Shown: piece by piece, positions 19,447 to 27,841 of the stretch
Layout of the letters: each line of letters starts with the position of its first letter
Numbering within the stretch: the stretch's first letter is position 1
Source: Phycisphaerae bacterium
Lineage (GTDB): Bacteria; Planctomycetota; Phycisphaerae; UBA1845; Fen-1342
NCBI GenBank assembly: GCA_963675745.2
Contig: CAXXWX010000026.1
Coordinates: 480,001-544,000 of the forward strand
DNA length: 64,000 bases
Direction: 5' to 3'
Made by a program: the position numbers and the translations under genes
Notes under the pieces: model-generated
What the model saw: the letters and a program-made list of their open reading frames with translations, nothing else
Database searches by the model: none
Told to the model about the DNA's origin: nothing

Positions 19447-20850
19447 ATGTCCGATAATCGAGCAGACGTGGTGCTGCTCACGACAGACGAAACCGTCATT
19501 TCCGCGGTGATCCGCAGGCAGCCGCCCGGCGCCCGCCTCATCACGCTGGCACCTGGGCATCTCGAGGACCAGACGGTCGGTCCCTGCCTCGAAACCGAGG
19601 CCTGCTGGGTCGATCTCGACGACACCCGCCCGGTTGATCTGCCTGACGCTCATGCGTACGTCTTCTTCCATTCCGACGACAGCGTGACCCGCGAAACGCA
19701 TCCCAGGGGTATCCTTGTCCGCAAGCCCCTCACCGACACCGCGCTGGATGTGCTCTGGGCACAGGCCACGTTGCCGGCACGCCGCGTTGATGAGCGCAGC
19801 CTGCCGGAGTGGATCGTCGAGTTTCATGAACAGCACCTGCCGGAGTTCTGCCGTCGGTGCGTCAAAAGCCTGCCGCAGCACCTCGGCTACCGCCGCGTGT
19901 CGCTGTATCTGCACGAACCGGAGCAGGATCTGTTAAGGCTGGCCGAGTGCAACCACCCGGAGCGTGTGGCCCTGGCTGTCCCCATGACGACCACGCCCGC
20001 GCCGCTGATGGTGGATGTCGTGCGCAGTGGGCAGATGTTGATTTCCAGCGATGTTGATGCTGAATTCAACATACGCCAGTTGCCGACGCGCGGCCGCTGC
20101 CGGCGTGATGACGATCGAGCCTGCCTGATAGCGCCGCTGTACAGCAATGGCGAATTGCAGGGTGTGCTCAATTTCAGCGAACGCGCCGATCGCGAAGCCG
20201 GCCGGAAATCGCTGCCCCTCGACGCGATCTTCCGCTTCCTCGGCCGCGCGCTTCAGCACGCCCGCGATCATGATCGCGCTCGAACCGAGGCGACCATGGA
20301 CGGGCTCACCGGGCTCTTTAATTACCGCTGGATCGTCGAGACGCTCGAACGTGAAATCAGGCGTGCCCAACGGTACGGCACGCAAGTCTCGATCGTGCTG
20401 CTCGACATCGACGGACTGAAGGCGATCAACGACACGTGGGGCCACGCCGCCGGCGACGATCTGCTACGCCATGTATCCGGCAAAATCACGAGCGAGCTGC
20501 GGCGGTTTGACTCGGCGGCACGTATCGGAGGGGATGAGTTCGTAATCCTGCTGCCCTCGTCCGACCTGCCCGGCGCCCGGAGAGTCGGTGAGCGCGTACG
20601 CACCTCCATACGTTCAGATCCGGCCATGTTCCGCGGCGAGCCACTGGCGGTGACAACCAGTGTCGGCGCAGCGGAATGGCGTGCCCCCTGGACCGCCAGA
20701 GCTCTGATCGAGGCCGCGGACCAGGCCATGTACGCCGCCAAACGCAGCGGTGGCGATGCCTGCGCGTGCGACGTAGATCTCCCCGCGTCAGACCCACAAG
20801 CGGCCCTATCGGCGGCGCGCCTGCCCAGCGCGCGCGGACACACGCATTAG
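19447..20850 (+). CDS. GAF-GGDEF diguanylate cyclase
   Basis: DGLTGLFN, DIDGLKAINDTWGHAAGD, intact GGDEF with RRFD I-site five residues upstream; GAF-like middle. Confidence 0.92.
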   Translation: MSDNRADVVLLTTDETVISAVIRRQPPGARLITLAPGHLEDQTVGPCLETEACWVDLDDTRPVDLPDAHAYVFFHSDDSVTRETHPRGILVRKPLTDTALDVLWAQATLPARRVDERSLPEWIVEFHEQHLPEFCRRCVKSLPQHLGYRRVSLYLHEPEQDLLRLAECNHPERVALAVPMTTTPAPLMVDVVRSGQMLISSDVDAEFNIRQLPTRGRCRRDDDRACLIAPLYSNGELQGVLNFSERADREAGRKSLPLDAIFRFLGRALQHARDHDRARTEATMDGLTGLFNYRWIVETLEREIRRAQRYGTQVSIVLLDIDGLKAINDTWGHAAGDDLLRHVSGKITSELRRFDSAARIGGDEFVILLPSSDLPGARRVGERVRTSIRSDPAMFRGEPLAVTTSVGAAEWRAPWTARALIEAADQAMYAAKRSGGDACACDVDLPASDPQAALSAARLPSARGHTH

Positions 20851-21042
20851 CGCGGCCTTTGAGAACTTCCATCACGCGGCGGTGTATCACGGCTCTGTGA
20901 GGCGTGAGGTTCGCGTCAAGACCGCGTCATTCAAGCCCAGCGGCACGCCTAGCGCGGTTTCAGCAACAGTCCGTTGCCCATACGCGGGTGGGGCGGGCGT
21001 CCCGCCCGCCTAGGTACGCGAAACAAATAACGCCGGTTTCAC

Positions 21043-21083
21043 TTGACAGACGCCGATTAATGTATTAGTGTTATAATACATTA
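21043..21083 (+). promoter_or_regulatory. Sigma70 promoter overlapped by YtrA/GntR-type operator palindrome
   Basis: TTGACA at 21043-21048; perfect inverted repeat TAATGTATTA-N6-TAATACATTA at 21058-21083 upstream of gntR. Confidence 0.8.
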
Positions 21084-21228
21084 GTTAACTAGGACACAGG
21101 TACGACCGGCGACATGACGACGCTCAGGCAGACGACAAGAAACGCGACACTCCGGTGCATCGGCAATCCCTGGCGGGGATCGCCGGCACTGAGCCGCCGA
21201 CACAGGCGCGGCGCACAGGTGAGCAATC

Positions 21229-21609
21229 ATGCACTTCGAGCTTGATCCCAAGAGCGGCGTGCCGTTCTACCGGCAGATCATTGATCAAATCCAGTTCGCC
21301 ATTGCCGACGGGCGTATCGGCAGTGGTGATCGGTTGCCGACCGTCCGGCAACTCGCCGTCGAGCTCAAAATAAACCCGAACACGGTCGCGCGGGCGTATC
21401 AGGAGCTCGAAATCAAGGGCATTGTCAACACGCAGATGGGCAGTGGCACGTTCATCGGCAACGGAAAAGTCGAAATCTCGGAGATCGAGCGCAAACGCAT
21501 GCTCGACCAGATCTGCACGGAACTACTGTCACGCGCGTCCACCTACGGCTTCACGCTGGCCGAGGTGATTGCCGCTCTGCGCGAACGCGAGGAAGAACGG
21601 CCGGGATGA
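21229..21609 (+). CDS. GntR family transcriptional regulator, YtrA subfamily
   Basis: PFYRQI...GDRLPTVRQLAVELKINPNTVARAYQELE; short helical C-terminus. Confidence 0.93.
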   Translation: MHFELDPKSGVPFYRQIIDQIQFAIADGRIGSGDRLPTVRQLAVELKINPNTVARAYQELEIKGIVNTQMGSGTFIGNGKVEISEIERKRMLDQICTELLSRASTYGFTLAEVIAALREREEERPG

Positions 21610-22124
21610 TCAACGCGTTCGGACATTACGACACGACACGCGGCTTGCCGCATATCCAGCCGCTCCGCTCGCGGTTGCGGCGAATGCGGCGACCAGTCCT
21701 CCAGGCGCTGCTCGTGGCGGCCGCGGGCGCAATTGTCTGGCTGAGCCGCTCCACGAATGGCACCGGGGCGGGAGAAGGTGTGCTGTCGTCGGCCGGCACA
21801 TGGCTGAGTAAACCGCAGCCTCTGTTGCCAAGGGCCATCTGTGACGGCCGCGACGAGCACCCGTCGACCACCGAAGCGAGCAGTCGCTGCAAACTGACCA
21901 TCCGCCTGCCGATGTCGGACGGTCGCACGTTTGCGGCGGTTGAGTGCAACTATGAACGGGTTTTACGAATGCCGCCGTCGGCAACCACCGACGCACCGGA
22001 ACGGGCCACCGCGAGCCACCCACGATGGGTGTGGCTGGTGTGCGCGCTCGTGCCAATTCTCCTGGCCTGCGTGCTGGTACCGGAGCCAGAGCAGCCCATC
22101 AACTCGAGGAGGCCCAAACCGTGA
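21606..22124 (+). CDS. Hypothetical membrane protein (two TM segments)
   Basis: ATGA overlap with gntR and GTGA overlap with the next gene; two hydrophobic helices. Confidence 0.6.
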   Translation: MINAFGHYDTTRGLPHIQPLRSRLRRMRRPVLQALLVAAAGAIVWLSRSTNGTGAGEGVLSSAGTWLSKPQPLLPRAICDGRDEHPSTTEASSRCKLTIRLPMSDGRTFAAVECNYERVLRMPPSATTDAPERATASHPRWVWLVCALVPILLACVLVPEPEQPINSRRPKP

Positions 22125-23269
22125 TTGAGAACACACAGAACATCTTGGGTCGTTCGCTGGAGAAATTCGCGATCAGCTCACGCGCGGATTACCGCTTCGC
22201 ACCGTTTAACGCGCTCTTGATGCTGGCAGTCATGCTGGCCGGCCTGGTGACGCACGTTATCGTGTATGAGTTCGAAGTGGCCGCGGTCATCTACGCCATC
22301 GGCGCCGCCCTCGTGCTGCTGGGGACGTTCAGAGTACACCAGATCTGGGAGAGCGTGGTGATTGGCGGCGCCATGGTGGCGCTGGCCGGTTACCTGCTGT
22401 TCGACCACCTCGGCATACCGCCCCGTGTGCTGGTCGGGTCCACCGCTCTGGCCACCATCATCGCACCTAGTATTCAAATCGCGTACCAGTGGGAGCGCGG
22501 CGTGCTCTTGCGTTTCGGGAAATTCAAGGGCATCCGGGGAGCCGGGATCTTCGCGGTCGTGCCCGTGGTCGACAAGGTGGCTCAGTTCGTCGATCAGCGC
22601 ATCCGCGTGACCGACTTCCGCGCGGAGACCACACTCACCAAGGACACGGTGCCGGTGAACGTGGACGCGATCGCCTTCTGGATGGTCTGGGACGCGGAAA
22701 AAGCCGTGCTGGAAGTCGAGGACTTCACCACGGCGGTCACGCTGTCAGCCCAGACCGCTCTGCGGGACGCAATCGGCCGAAGCGAGCTGGCGGAACTGCT
22801 GTCGCACCGGGATCGTCTGGGCAAGGAGATCCAGGAAGTGCTGGACGCCAAGACGAACCCCTGGGGCATCACGGCCCAGTCCGTCGAGATCCGCGACATC
22901 ATCATTCCCAAGGCGCTCGAAGACGCCATGAGCAAACAGGCGCAGTCCGAGCGCGAGCGCCAATCGCGCATCATCCTCGGTACGGCGGAGACGGAGATTG
23001 CCGAGAAGTTCGCCAAGGCGTCGGAAGCCTACCGCGATAACCCCGTCGCCCTGCACTTGCGTGCGATGAACATGGTTTACGAAGGCCTCAAGAAGAAAGG
23101 CTCGATGGTCATCGTGCCGTCCACGGCCGTCGAGACGATGGGCCTCGGTGCGCTGGGCGGCCTGACAGCGTTGGGGCAACCACGCGCCGACATGTCCGCG
23201 GAGGCCGCACTGAGTGAGCCCGACCGACCGGAGGCCGGTCCCACAGACACTTCGGCCACGCAGCCTTAG
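22121..23269 (+). CDS. SPFH/stomatin (slipin) family protein with extra N-terminal TM helices
   Basis: QWERGVLLRFGK, TKDTVPVNVDA, AQTALRDAIG, WGI...VEIRDI, AMSKQAQSERER; GTG start after GAGGAGG. Confidence 0.9.
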   Translation: MIENTQNILGRSLEKFAISSRADYRFAPFNALLMLAVMLAGLVTHVIVYEFEVAAVIYAIGAALVLLGTFRVHQIWESVVIGGAMVALAGYLLFDHLGIPPRVLVGSTALATIIAPSIQIAYQWERGVLLRFGKFKGIRGAGIFAVVPVVDKVAQFVDQRIRVTDFRAETTLTKDTVPVNVDAIAFWMVWDAEKAVLEVEDFTTAVTLSAQTALRDAIGRSELAELLSHRDRLGKEIQEVLDAKTNPWGITAQSVEIRDIIIPKALEDAMSKQAQSERERQSRIILGTAETEIAEKFAKASEAYRDNPVALHLRAMNMVYEGLKKKGSMVIVPSTAVETMGLGALGGLTALGQPRADMSAEAALSEPDRPEAGPTDTSATQP

Positions 23270-23304
23270 ACGCGCCCCCAAGACTGCGGCACCGGCTTTC
23301 AACT

Positions 23305-23355
23305 GTGGCACTGGTTTTCAACCAGTGCGTATCACCGGTTGAAAACCGGTGCCAC
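23305..23355. repeat. REP-like 23-bp inverted repeat pair, possible bidirectional terminator
   Basis: GTGGCACTGGTTTTCAACCAGTG / CACCGGTTGAAAACCGGTGCCAC between convergent genes. Confidence 0.75.
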
Positions 23356-23374
23356 ATGGGTTTTGGGATAGCTT

Positions 23375-24184
23375 CTACTGTGTGATGCGGTGCAGGTGCG
23401 CGACGCTGTCGATGCGGCTGAGTAATTCGCGGTCGGCAATCGGCCGCTCAGACGCCGCCGGAACGAACAACGTGAACCCGGCGTGCAGCACGTGGGCGTA
23501 GTCGCAAATGTCGCGCAGCGCGAAACGATGCACGGTCGATGTCATCAGCGGGTGCGGCGTCGAGTAAACCGCCGAGACGACGTGCTCGGGCGGGTAATAG
23601 CGCAGCAGGTGTGTCCGCAGGCGCTCGAGGCGAACCGGTTTCGAGACGCGTGTCGTGTGCAGACACGTTTCCACGGTGCCAATCTGCCAGATGAGGGCCG
23701 GAACGTCGGGTTGCAACGGCCGACGCCGCAAGAGCAGGTCCGTGGCCTCGTACATCTGTAGCCCCGTGACACACGGATCGATCATCAACTCCGCGAACAA
23801 GCTGTCCATCGCCGAGATGCCCGGTAACACGCGAACCGTAAGATTCAGCAGCCCGGCCATGTCGCGGATCAGGAAGGGTGCGTAAACGCCGACGATCGGG
23901 TGCCCGTGCATCGCAAATGTGACCGGCGGGTGATCCAGGGCTGCGTCAATGACACGCGCGGCCATGTGGTGATAGGCGCCCAGCCGGTGCTCGCCGTCCC
24001 GATAGCTCGTCTCGAAGAGCCCCGTAACGCGCGGGCATAGGGTCTCCAGGAACGGACGCGTCGCCACGCCCGTATCCACGTAGAGCACTTCATTTGAACG
24101 GCGGATGGCCCGCTCGGTCTGGCGTGTGATCTGGTCGACGTTCAGGACGCCGAGCCCGACGATGTAGATATCAACCACGGTCAT
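23375..24184 (-). CDS. Borosin-type SAM-dependent peptide alpha-N-methyltransferase (tetrapyrrole methylase fold)
   Basis: IVGLG..QIT, YxDGxxRxxxY (YRDGEHRLGAY), xGHP, LPGISAMDSLFAELMIDP, YEATDLL, WQIG, TLFVP motifs as in OphMA/SonM. Confidence 0.85.
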   Translation of the reverse strand: MTVVDIYIVGLGVLNVDQITRQTERAIRRSNEVLYVDTGVATRPFLETLCPRVTGLFETSYRDGEHRLGAYHHMAARVIDAALDHPPVTFAMHGHPIVGVYAPFLIRDMAGLLNLTVRVLPGISAMDSLFAELMIDPCVTGLQMYEATDLLLRRRPLQPDVPALIWQIGTVETCLHTTRVSKPVRLERLRTHLLRYYPPEHVVSAVYSTPHPLMTSTVHRFALRDICDYAHVLHAGFTLFVPAASERPIADRELLSRIDSVAHLHRITQ

Positions 24185-24845
24185 CCCCCTCTTGCAGGGC
24201 GTGGATCAACCCGAGCAACTTCTCGTACCGCCCACCGGCATCGCTGGCACGGACGGCCCGCGCGGCTGCCTTCGCCGCCGCCGAATCGACATGATGATTC
24301 CACGGTGGATTCGCCGCAGCCGGCGGCTTCGGCTTGTCCGAAACGGCGTCGAGCGGCTCGATCGCGGCGGAATACGCCACCGTCAGCCCCTCCTCCCCTG
24401 AGGCGACGACCGTGGGCGTGAAGCGGACAAGCCACTCGATCTCCGGCGGTGCCCCGCTGCTCGGCTGGTCAGCGCGCGCATCGCGATCTGCGGGCCATGT
24501 GTGCAGAGAAGCCGCGTACGCGACATTTGCGCCGGCCCCCGGCGTCTGGGCCACCTGCGGAGCCAGTCGCAGCAGCAGCTTGACTTCGGGCAACTCTGGC
24601 GACGGCGCAGCATCCGCCTCCTGAGATTCGCGCTGTGGCGAGTCTTCCGCCGCCGCGTGACCATGCCCCACCGCGCCCCCCAGCAGGCCCAGCAGACGCT
24701 CGTCACGGCGGATCAGGATGTCCCGCTCTTGCTCGCTGAGGTCATAGCCTTCGAACGCCCGCTCCGGATCGGTCAGCGCCAACTCACAAAACGCATCGTC
24801 CAGCGCCGTCCGAACCAGAAAGTCAGCCACCGACTTGCCCGCCAT
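24171..24845 (-). CDS. Putative split-borosin precursor/partner with N-terminal BBD (LigA-like) helical domain and two internal repeats
   Basis: VADFLVRTALDDAF...DPERAFEGYDLSEQERDIL resembles the borosin-binding domain; overlaps the methyltransferase start; ATG at 24845 chosen. Confidence 0.72.
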   Translation of the reverse strand: MAGKSVADFLVRTALDDAFCELALTDPERAFEGYDLSEQERDILIRRDERLLGLLGGAVGHGHAAAEDSPQRESQEADAAPSPELPEVKLLLRLAPQVAQTPGAGANVAYAASLHTWPADRDARADQPSSGAPPEIEWLVRFTPTVVASGEEGLTVAYSAAIEPLDAVSDKPKPPAAANPPWNHHVDSAAAKAAARAVRASDAGGRYEKLLGLIHALQEGDDRG

Positions 24846-25089
24846 CTGTATTGCCCTCACACGTAAGCGTGCGCTGTGCGTCTGACATTGTCGGATGATC
24901 ACCGCACTATAACGGCACACCCGGCCGCGGGAAGTCTCGGACCGGTGGAGCACCAACTGGCAAGGGAAGAGCTGGTTGGCGTCAGAAAGGCAGGTGAACA
25001 GAACGCACGCAGCGGCAACGCCGCCACACGTCATCACCATCGCGTACGAGGGCATTGGTGCGGCCGGATACCAACACGGCGGCCCGGCA

Positions 25090-25340
25090 AACCCCGCCCC
25101 GGAGGGGCTTGGGCAAATAGCCACGGGTGGAGCGCAGCGTAACCCGTGGATAGTAACGATCCCCAATGAACCTCCGCCCTGAAAGGGCGGCGGAGGGACA
25201 GCCGATTGGAGTACCGCCGGGTTCCTCGGCAACTCCGTTCCACCGCCCTTCCAGGGCGGGATGCGCGACAAGAACACACCCGGTCCACGGGTTGCGCTGC
25301 GCTCCACCCGTGGTTACACGCCCACGCCCCATTGGGGCGA
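25090..25340. repeat. Composite palindromic repeat element (REP/MITE-like)
   Basis: 30-bp inverted repeats 25121-25150 and 25284-25313 (one mismatch) enclosing CCGCCCTGAAAGGGCGG and CCGCCCTTCCAGGGCGG hairpins. Confidence 0.8.
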
Positions 25341-25546
25341 CGGCGCGGCTGCGACTGGTCGGGACGCTGGTCATGACCGTCGGATCGGCGTTGATCATCT
25401 TTGCCCGGGCCGCGACCGGTGCGGGCTAGGCAACGGCGTCACGGTGGGCGCTCCGCCGAATCACGTACGACGACACGGACGCCGCGCGGGCGATTACTCG
25501 CTAGAATTGACCAACGGCCCACAATAGACCGCCACACGGAGCAGCC

Positions 25547-26704
25547 ATGCCCCCTCGCAAAAAGACTCGCCAGGTTCTGGTCGGAAATGTCAGGCTCGGC
25601 GGCGATGCGCCGATCGTGCTTCAATCCATGACCAGCGGCCACACGCACGCGATCGATGCCTGCATCGCCGAGGTGCAGAAACTCGCCGCCGCCGGCGCCG
25701 ATCTGGTTCGCGTCGCCGTCCCCGACAAGAAGGACACAGAGGCCCTGCGGCAGATAATCGCCGCCAGCCCGGTGCCGATCGTCGCCGACGTACACTTTCA
25801 TTTTCAGCGCGCCCTCGAAGCGATCGAAGCGGGCGCTCACAAAATCCGCCTGAACCCCGGCAACATTCAGGACCGCGCCAAGGTCGAGCAGGTCATCGCC
25901 GCCTGCAAGGAACGCGGCATCCCGATCCGCATCGGCGTTAACGAAGGTGGTATCGTCGAGCGGCGCGACAAAGACCTGCGCGCGGCGGAGCAGCAGATGC
26001 TGCGCGGCGACCATCACGCCGGCTTGATCAAACTGATGCTCGACAAGCTGGCGGAGTATCTGCGGATTTTCGACGACAACGACTTTCACGACCTGGTGAT
26101 CAGCGCCAAGGGCATTGATCCGCGGCTCGTGATCGATGTCTACACCGCGATCAGCGAGCGCTGGGACTACCCCCTGCACCTGGGCGTAACGCACGCCGGC
26201 ACACCCGACACGGGGCGTATCCGTACGATCGCGGCGTTGGGGACGCTGCTGGCCAACGGCATCGGCGACACGATCCGGATCAGCTACGCCGCCGACCCGG
26301 TGTACGAGGTTGAGGACGGCAAGGAGTTACTGTGCACGCTCGGGCTGCGGGCACGAACGACGCCGGAGCTGATCGCCTGCCCGTCGTGCGGACGCATCGA
26401 GGTGGACTTGTTCAAGCTGGTCGAGGACGTCAAGCGCACGATCCTGACCGAGATCGGGCTGCCGATGAAGATCGCGGTGATGGGATGTGTCGTCAACGGC
26501 CCCGGCGAATGCGAAGGCGCCGACGTGGCGATCTTCGCCGGCAAGGGACGCGGGATCATCTATGTCCAGGGCCAACAGAAGGCGACCGTGACCGAAGACA
26601 AGATGCTCGAGGCGCTGCTGCACGAGTGTCGGGAGTTCGCGCGCCGAGTCGAGCGCGGCGAAGCGCGGCTCATCAACGCCCCAATGGACATCACGGCCCC
26701 GTAG
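25547..26704 (+). CDS. ispG: (E)-4-hydroxy-3-methylbut-2-enyl-diphosphate synthase
   Basis: QSMT, ADVHF, RLNPGNI, IRIGVN, PLHLGVT, GIGDTIRIS, CPSCGR, MGCVVNGPGE. Confidence 0.97.
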   Translation: MPPRKKTRQVLVGNVRLGGDAPIVLQSMTSGHTHAIDACIAEVQKLAAAGADLVRVAVPDKKDTEALRQIIAASPVPIVADVHFHFQRALEAIEAGAHKIRLNPGNIQDRAKVEQVIAACKERGIPIRIGVNEGGIVERRDKDLRAAEQQMLRGDHHAGLIKLMLDKLAEYLRIFDDNDFHDLVISAKGIDPRLVIDVYTAISERWDYPLHLGVTHAGTPDTGRIRTIAALGTLLANGIGDTIRISYAADPVYEVEDGKELLCTLGLRARTTPELIACPSCGRIEVDLFKLVEDVKRTILTEIGLPMKIAVMGCVVNGPGECEGADVAIFAGKGRGIIYVQGQQKATVTEDKMLEALLHECREFARRVERGEARLINAPMDITAP

Positions 26705-26836
26705 CGGCCGACGTCCCCGTCGGCCGTCCAAACACCGAAGGACGGTTCCACACATGTAGCGGCCTGCGCCCCGCAGGCCGTCGATGCGCGAAGAGGTCTG
26801 CGATATCGCCACGGCCTGCGAGGCGCAGGCCGCTAC
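26701..26836. repeat. GTAG-headed REP-like palindromes (two families)
   Basis: GTAGCGGCCGACGTCCCCGTCGGCCGTC (identical copy at 34043) and inverted pair GTAGCGGCCTGCG.../...CGCAGGCCGCTAC at 26756-26836. Confidence 0.75.
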
Positions 26837-26894
26837 GGAGCATTACATCGGACCATTGAGTATTGCGCGGAACGTTGGCTCAACGGGCGGGCAA

Positions 26895-26965
26895 CTGGGG
26901 ATAGAGGATTCGAACCTCTACTAACTGATCCAGAGTCAGTCGTGCTACCATTACACCAATCCCCA
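26895..26965 (-). tRNA. tRNA-Gln(CTG), intact copy, CCA not encoded
   Basis: TGGGGATTGGTGTAATGGTAGCACGACTGACTCTGGATCAGTTAGTAGAGGTTCGAATCCTCTATCCCCAG folds as a cloverleaf. Confidence 0.95.
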
Positions 26966-26986
26966 CGACCAGAACAGTTTACGGCC

Positions 26987-27054
26987 GGGATAGAGGATTC
27001 GAACCTCTACTAACTGATCCAGAGTCAGTCGTGCTACCATTACACCAATCCCCA
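26987..27054 (-). pseudogene. Second tRNA-Gln(CTG) copy with defective 3' acceptor strand (89-bp tandem duplication)
   Basis: Identical body but ends ATCCCGG instead of ATCCCCAG. Confidence 0.8.
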
Positions 27055-27064
27055 CGACGAGAAC

Positions 27065-27093
27065 AGTTTACGGCCTGAACGGCCGGCGATCAA
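27065..27093 (-). promoter_or_regulatory. Sigma70 promoter of tRNA-Gln
   Basis: TTGATC-N17-TAAACT about 10 bp upstream of the tRNA 5' end. Confidence 0.65.
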
Positions 27094-27162
27094 CACCGTG
27101 TGCGCTGCTCTTGAGCGGGGCGGAAATCGGACTGGTGCCGGCGCCGCCGCTGATCGGCGCGC

Positions 27163-27666
27163 TCACAGCCAGCCGGCGATCGGCTGGACATGGCGGGCAA
27201 ACTCGCGCGTGGGCATGTTCACCGTGCCCCACTTGGGCGAGCGCATGCGTGCGTGAAGCTGATAATCGTCCAGCGGCACACCGGCAAACACGTAGCGCTC
27301 CTCCCGGAAGACATGGACGATGTCGGGTGGCGGCTCAGCTTCGACTTGCAGCCAGTAGGCGAAAACGAGCAGCGCCCGGAAACCGTCGCCGAACACACCC
27401 TGCCACTGGGCCAATCCGTCCAGATCATCCTGCGTCACCCAGTTTTCCCAGGCGGGCTTGCAGGTGCGCTTGCGGGCGGCCCAGCGCCGCCCTTTCACGT
27501 CGACCAGCCAGTTGGTGTTGCTCTGTGAGTAAACGATGAAGTCGAAGCTCTTGAGTTTGGCGTCGCGAAAGGCGGCCCGCTTGGCCTCGTCCACGGCGAC
27601 GTAGGGAACCTGTCGAGCGCGGAGATAGTCCTCGAAAGCGGCCTCGTAATGAACGTGCGATTTCAC
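27163..27666 (-). CDS. HYExAFE family protein (PD-(D/E)xK nuclease-like)
   Basis: HYEAAFEDYLR, SFDFIVY, LVDVKGR motifs. Confidence 0.85.
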   Translation of the reverse strand: MKSHVHYEAAFEDYLRARQVPYVAVDEAKRAAFRDAKLKSFDFIVYSQSNTNWLVDVKGRRWAARKRTCKPAWENWVTQDDLDGLAQWQGVFGDGFRALLVFAYWLQVEAEPPPDIVHVFREERYVFAGVPLDDYQLHARMRSPKWGTVNMPTREFARHVQPIAGWL

Positions 27667-27841
27667 GCCGACCCCTCGCTAGCCTCGCAGAGTGGGAACC
27701 GGCGCATTATGCGGCCGGCGCTCGTGATCGCCAAGTGAAGCCCGCCCAGCGCCTTGCCAAATGCGCGGCCAGCCCGGATATTCCGGCCTCGCGGGCGAAA
27801 GCCCGCCCTATGTGATCGAAGCAGATATGTGTGGAGTTCTC

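Noticed and set aside
23375..24184. Cobalamin/siroheme tetrapyrrole methylase call
   Set aside because: Lacks the GDP motif and cob/cys context; has borosin-specific motifs and a BBD-like partner
24846..25307. 154-aa N-terminal extension of the 378-aa ORF
   Set aside because: Runs through the palindromic repeat element; domain-like sequence begins only at Met 24845
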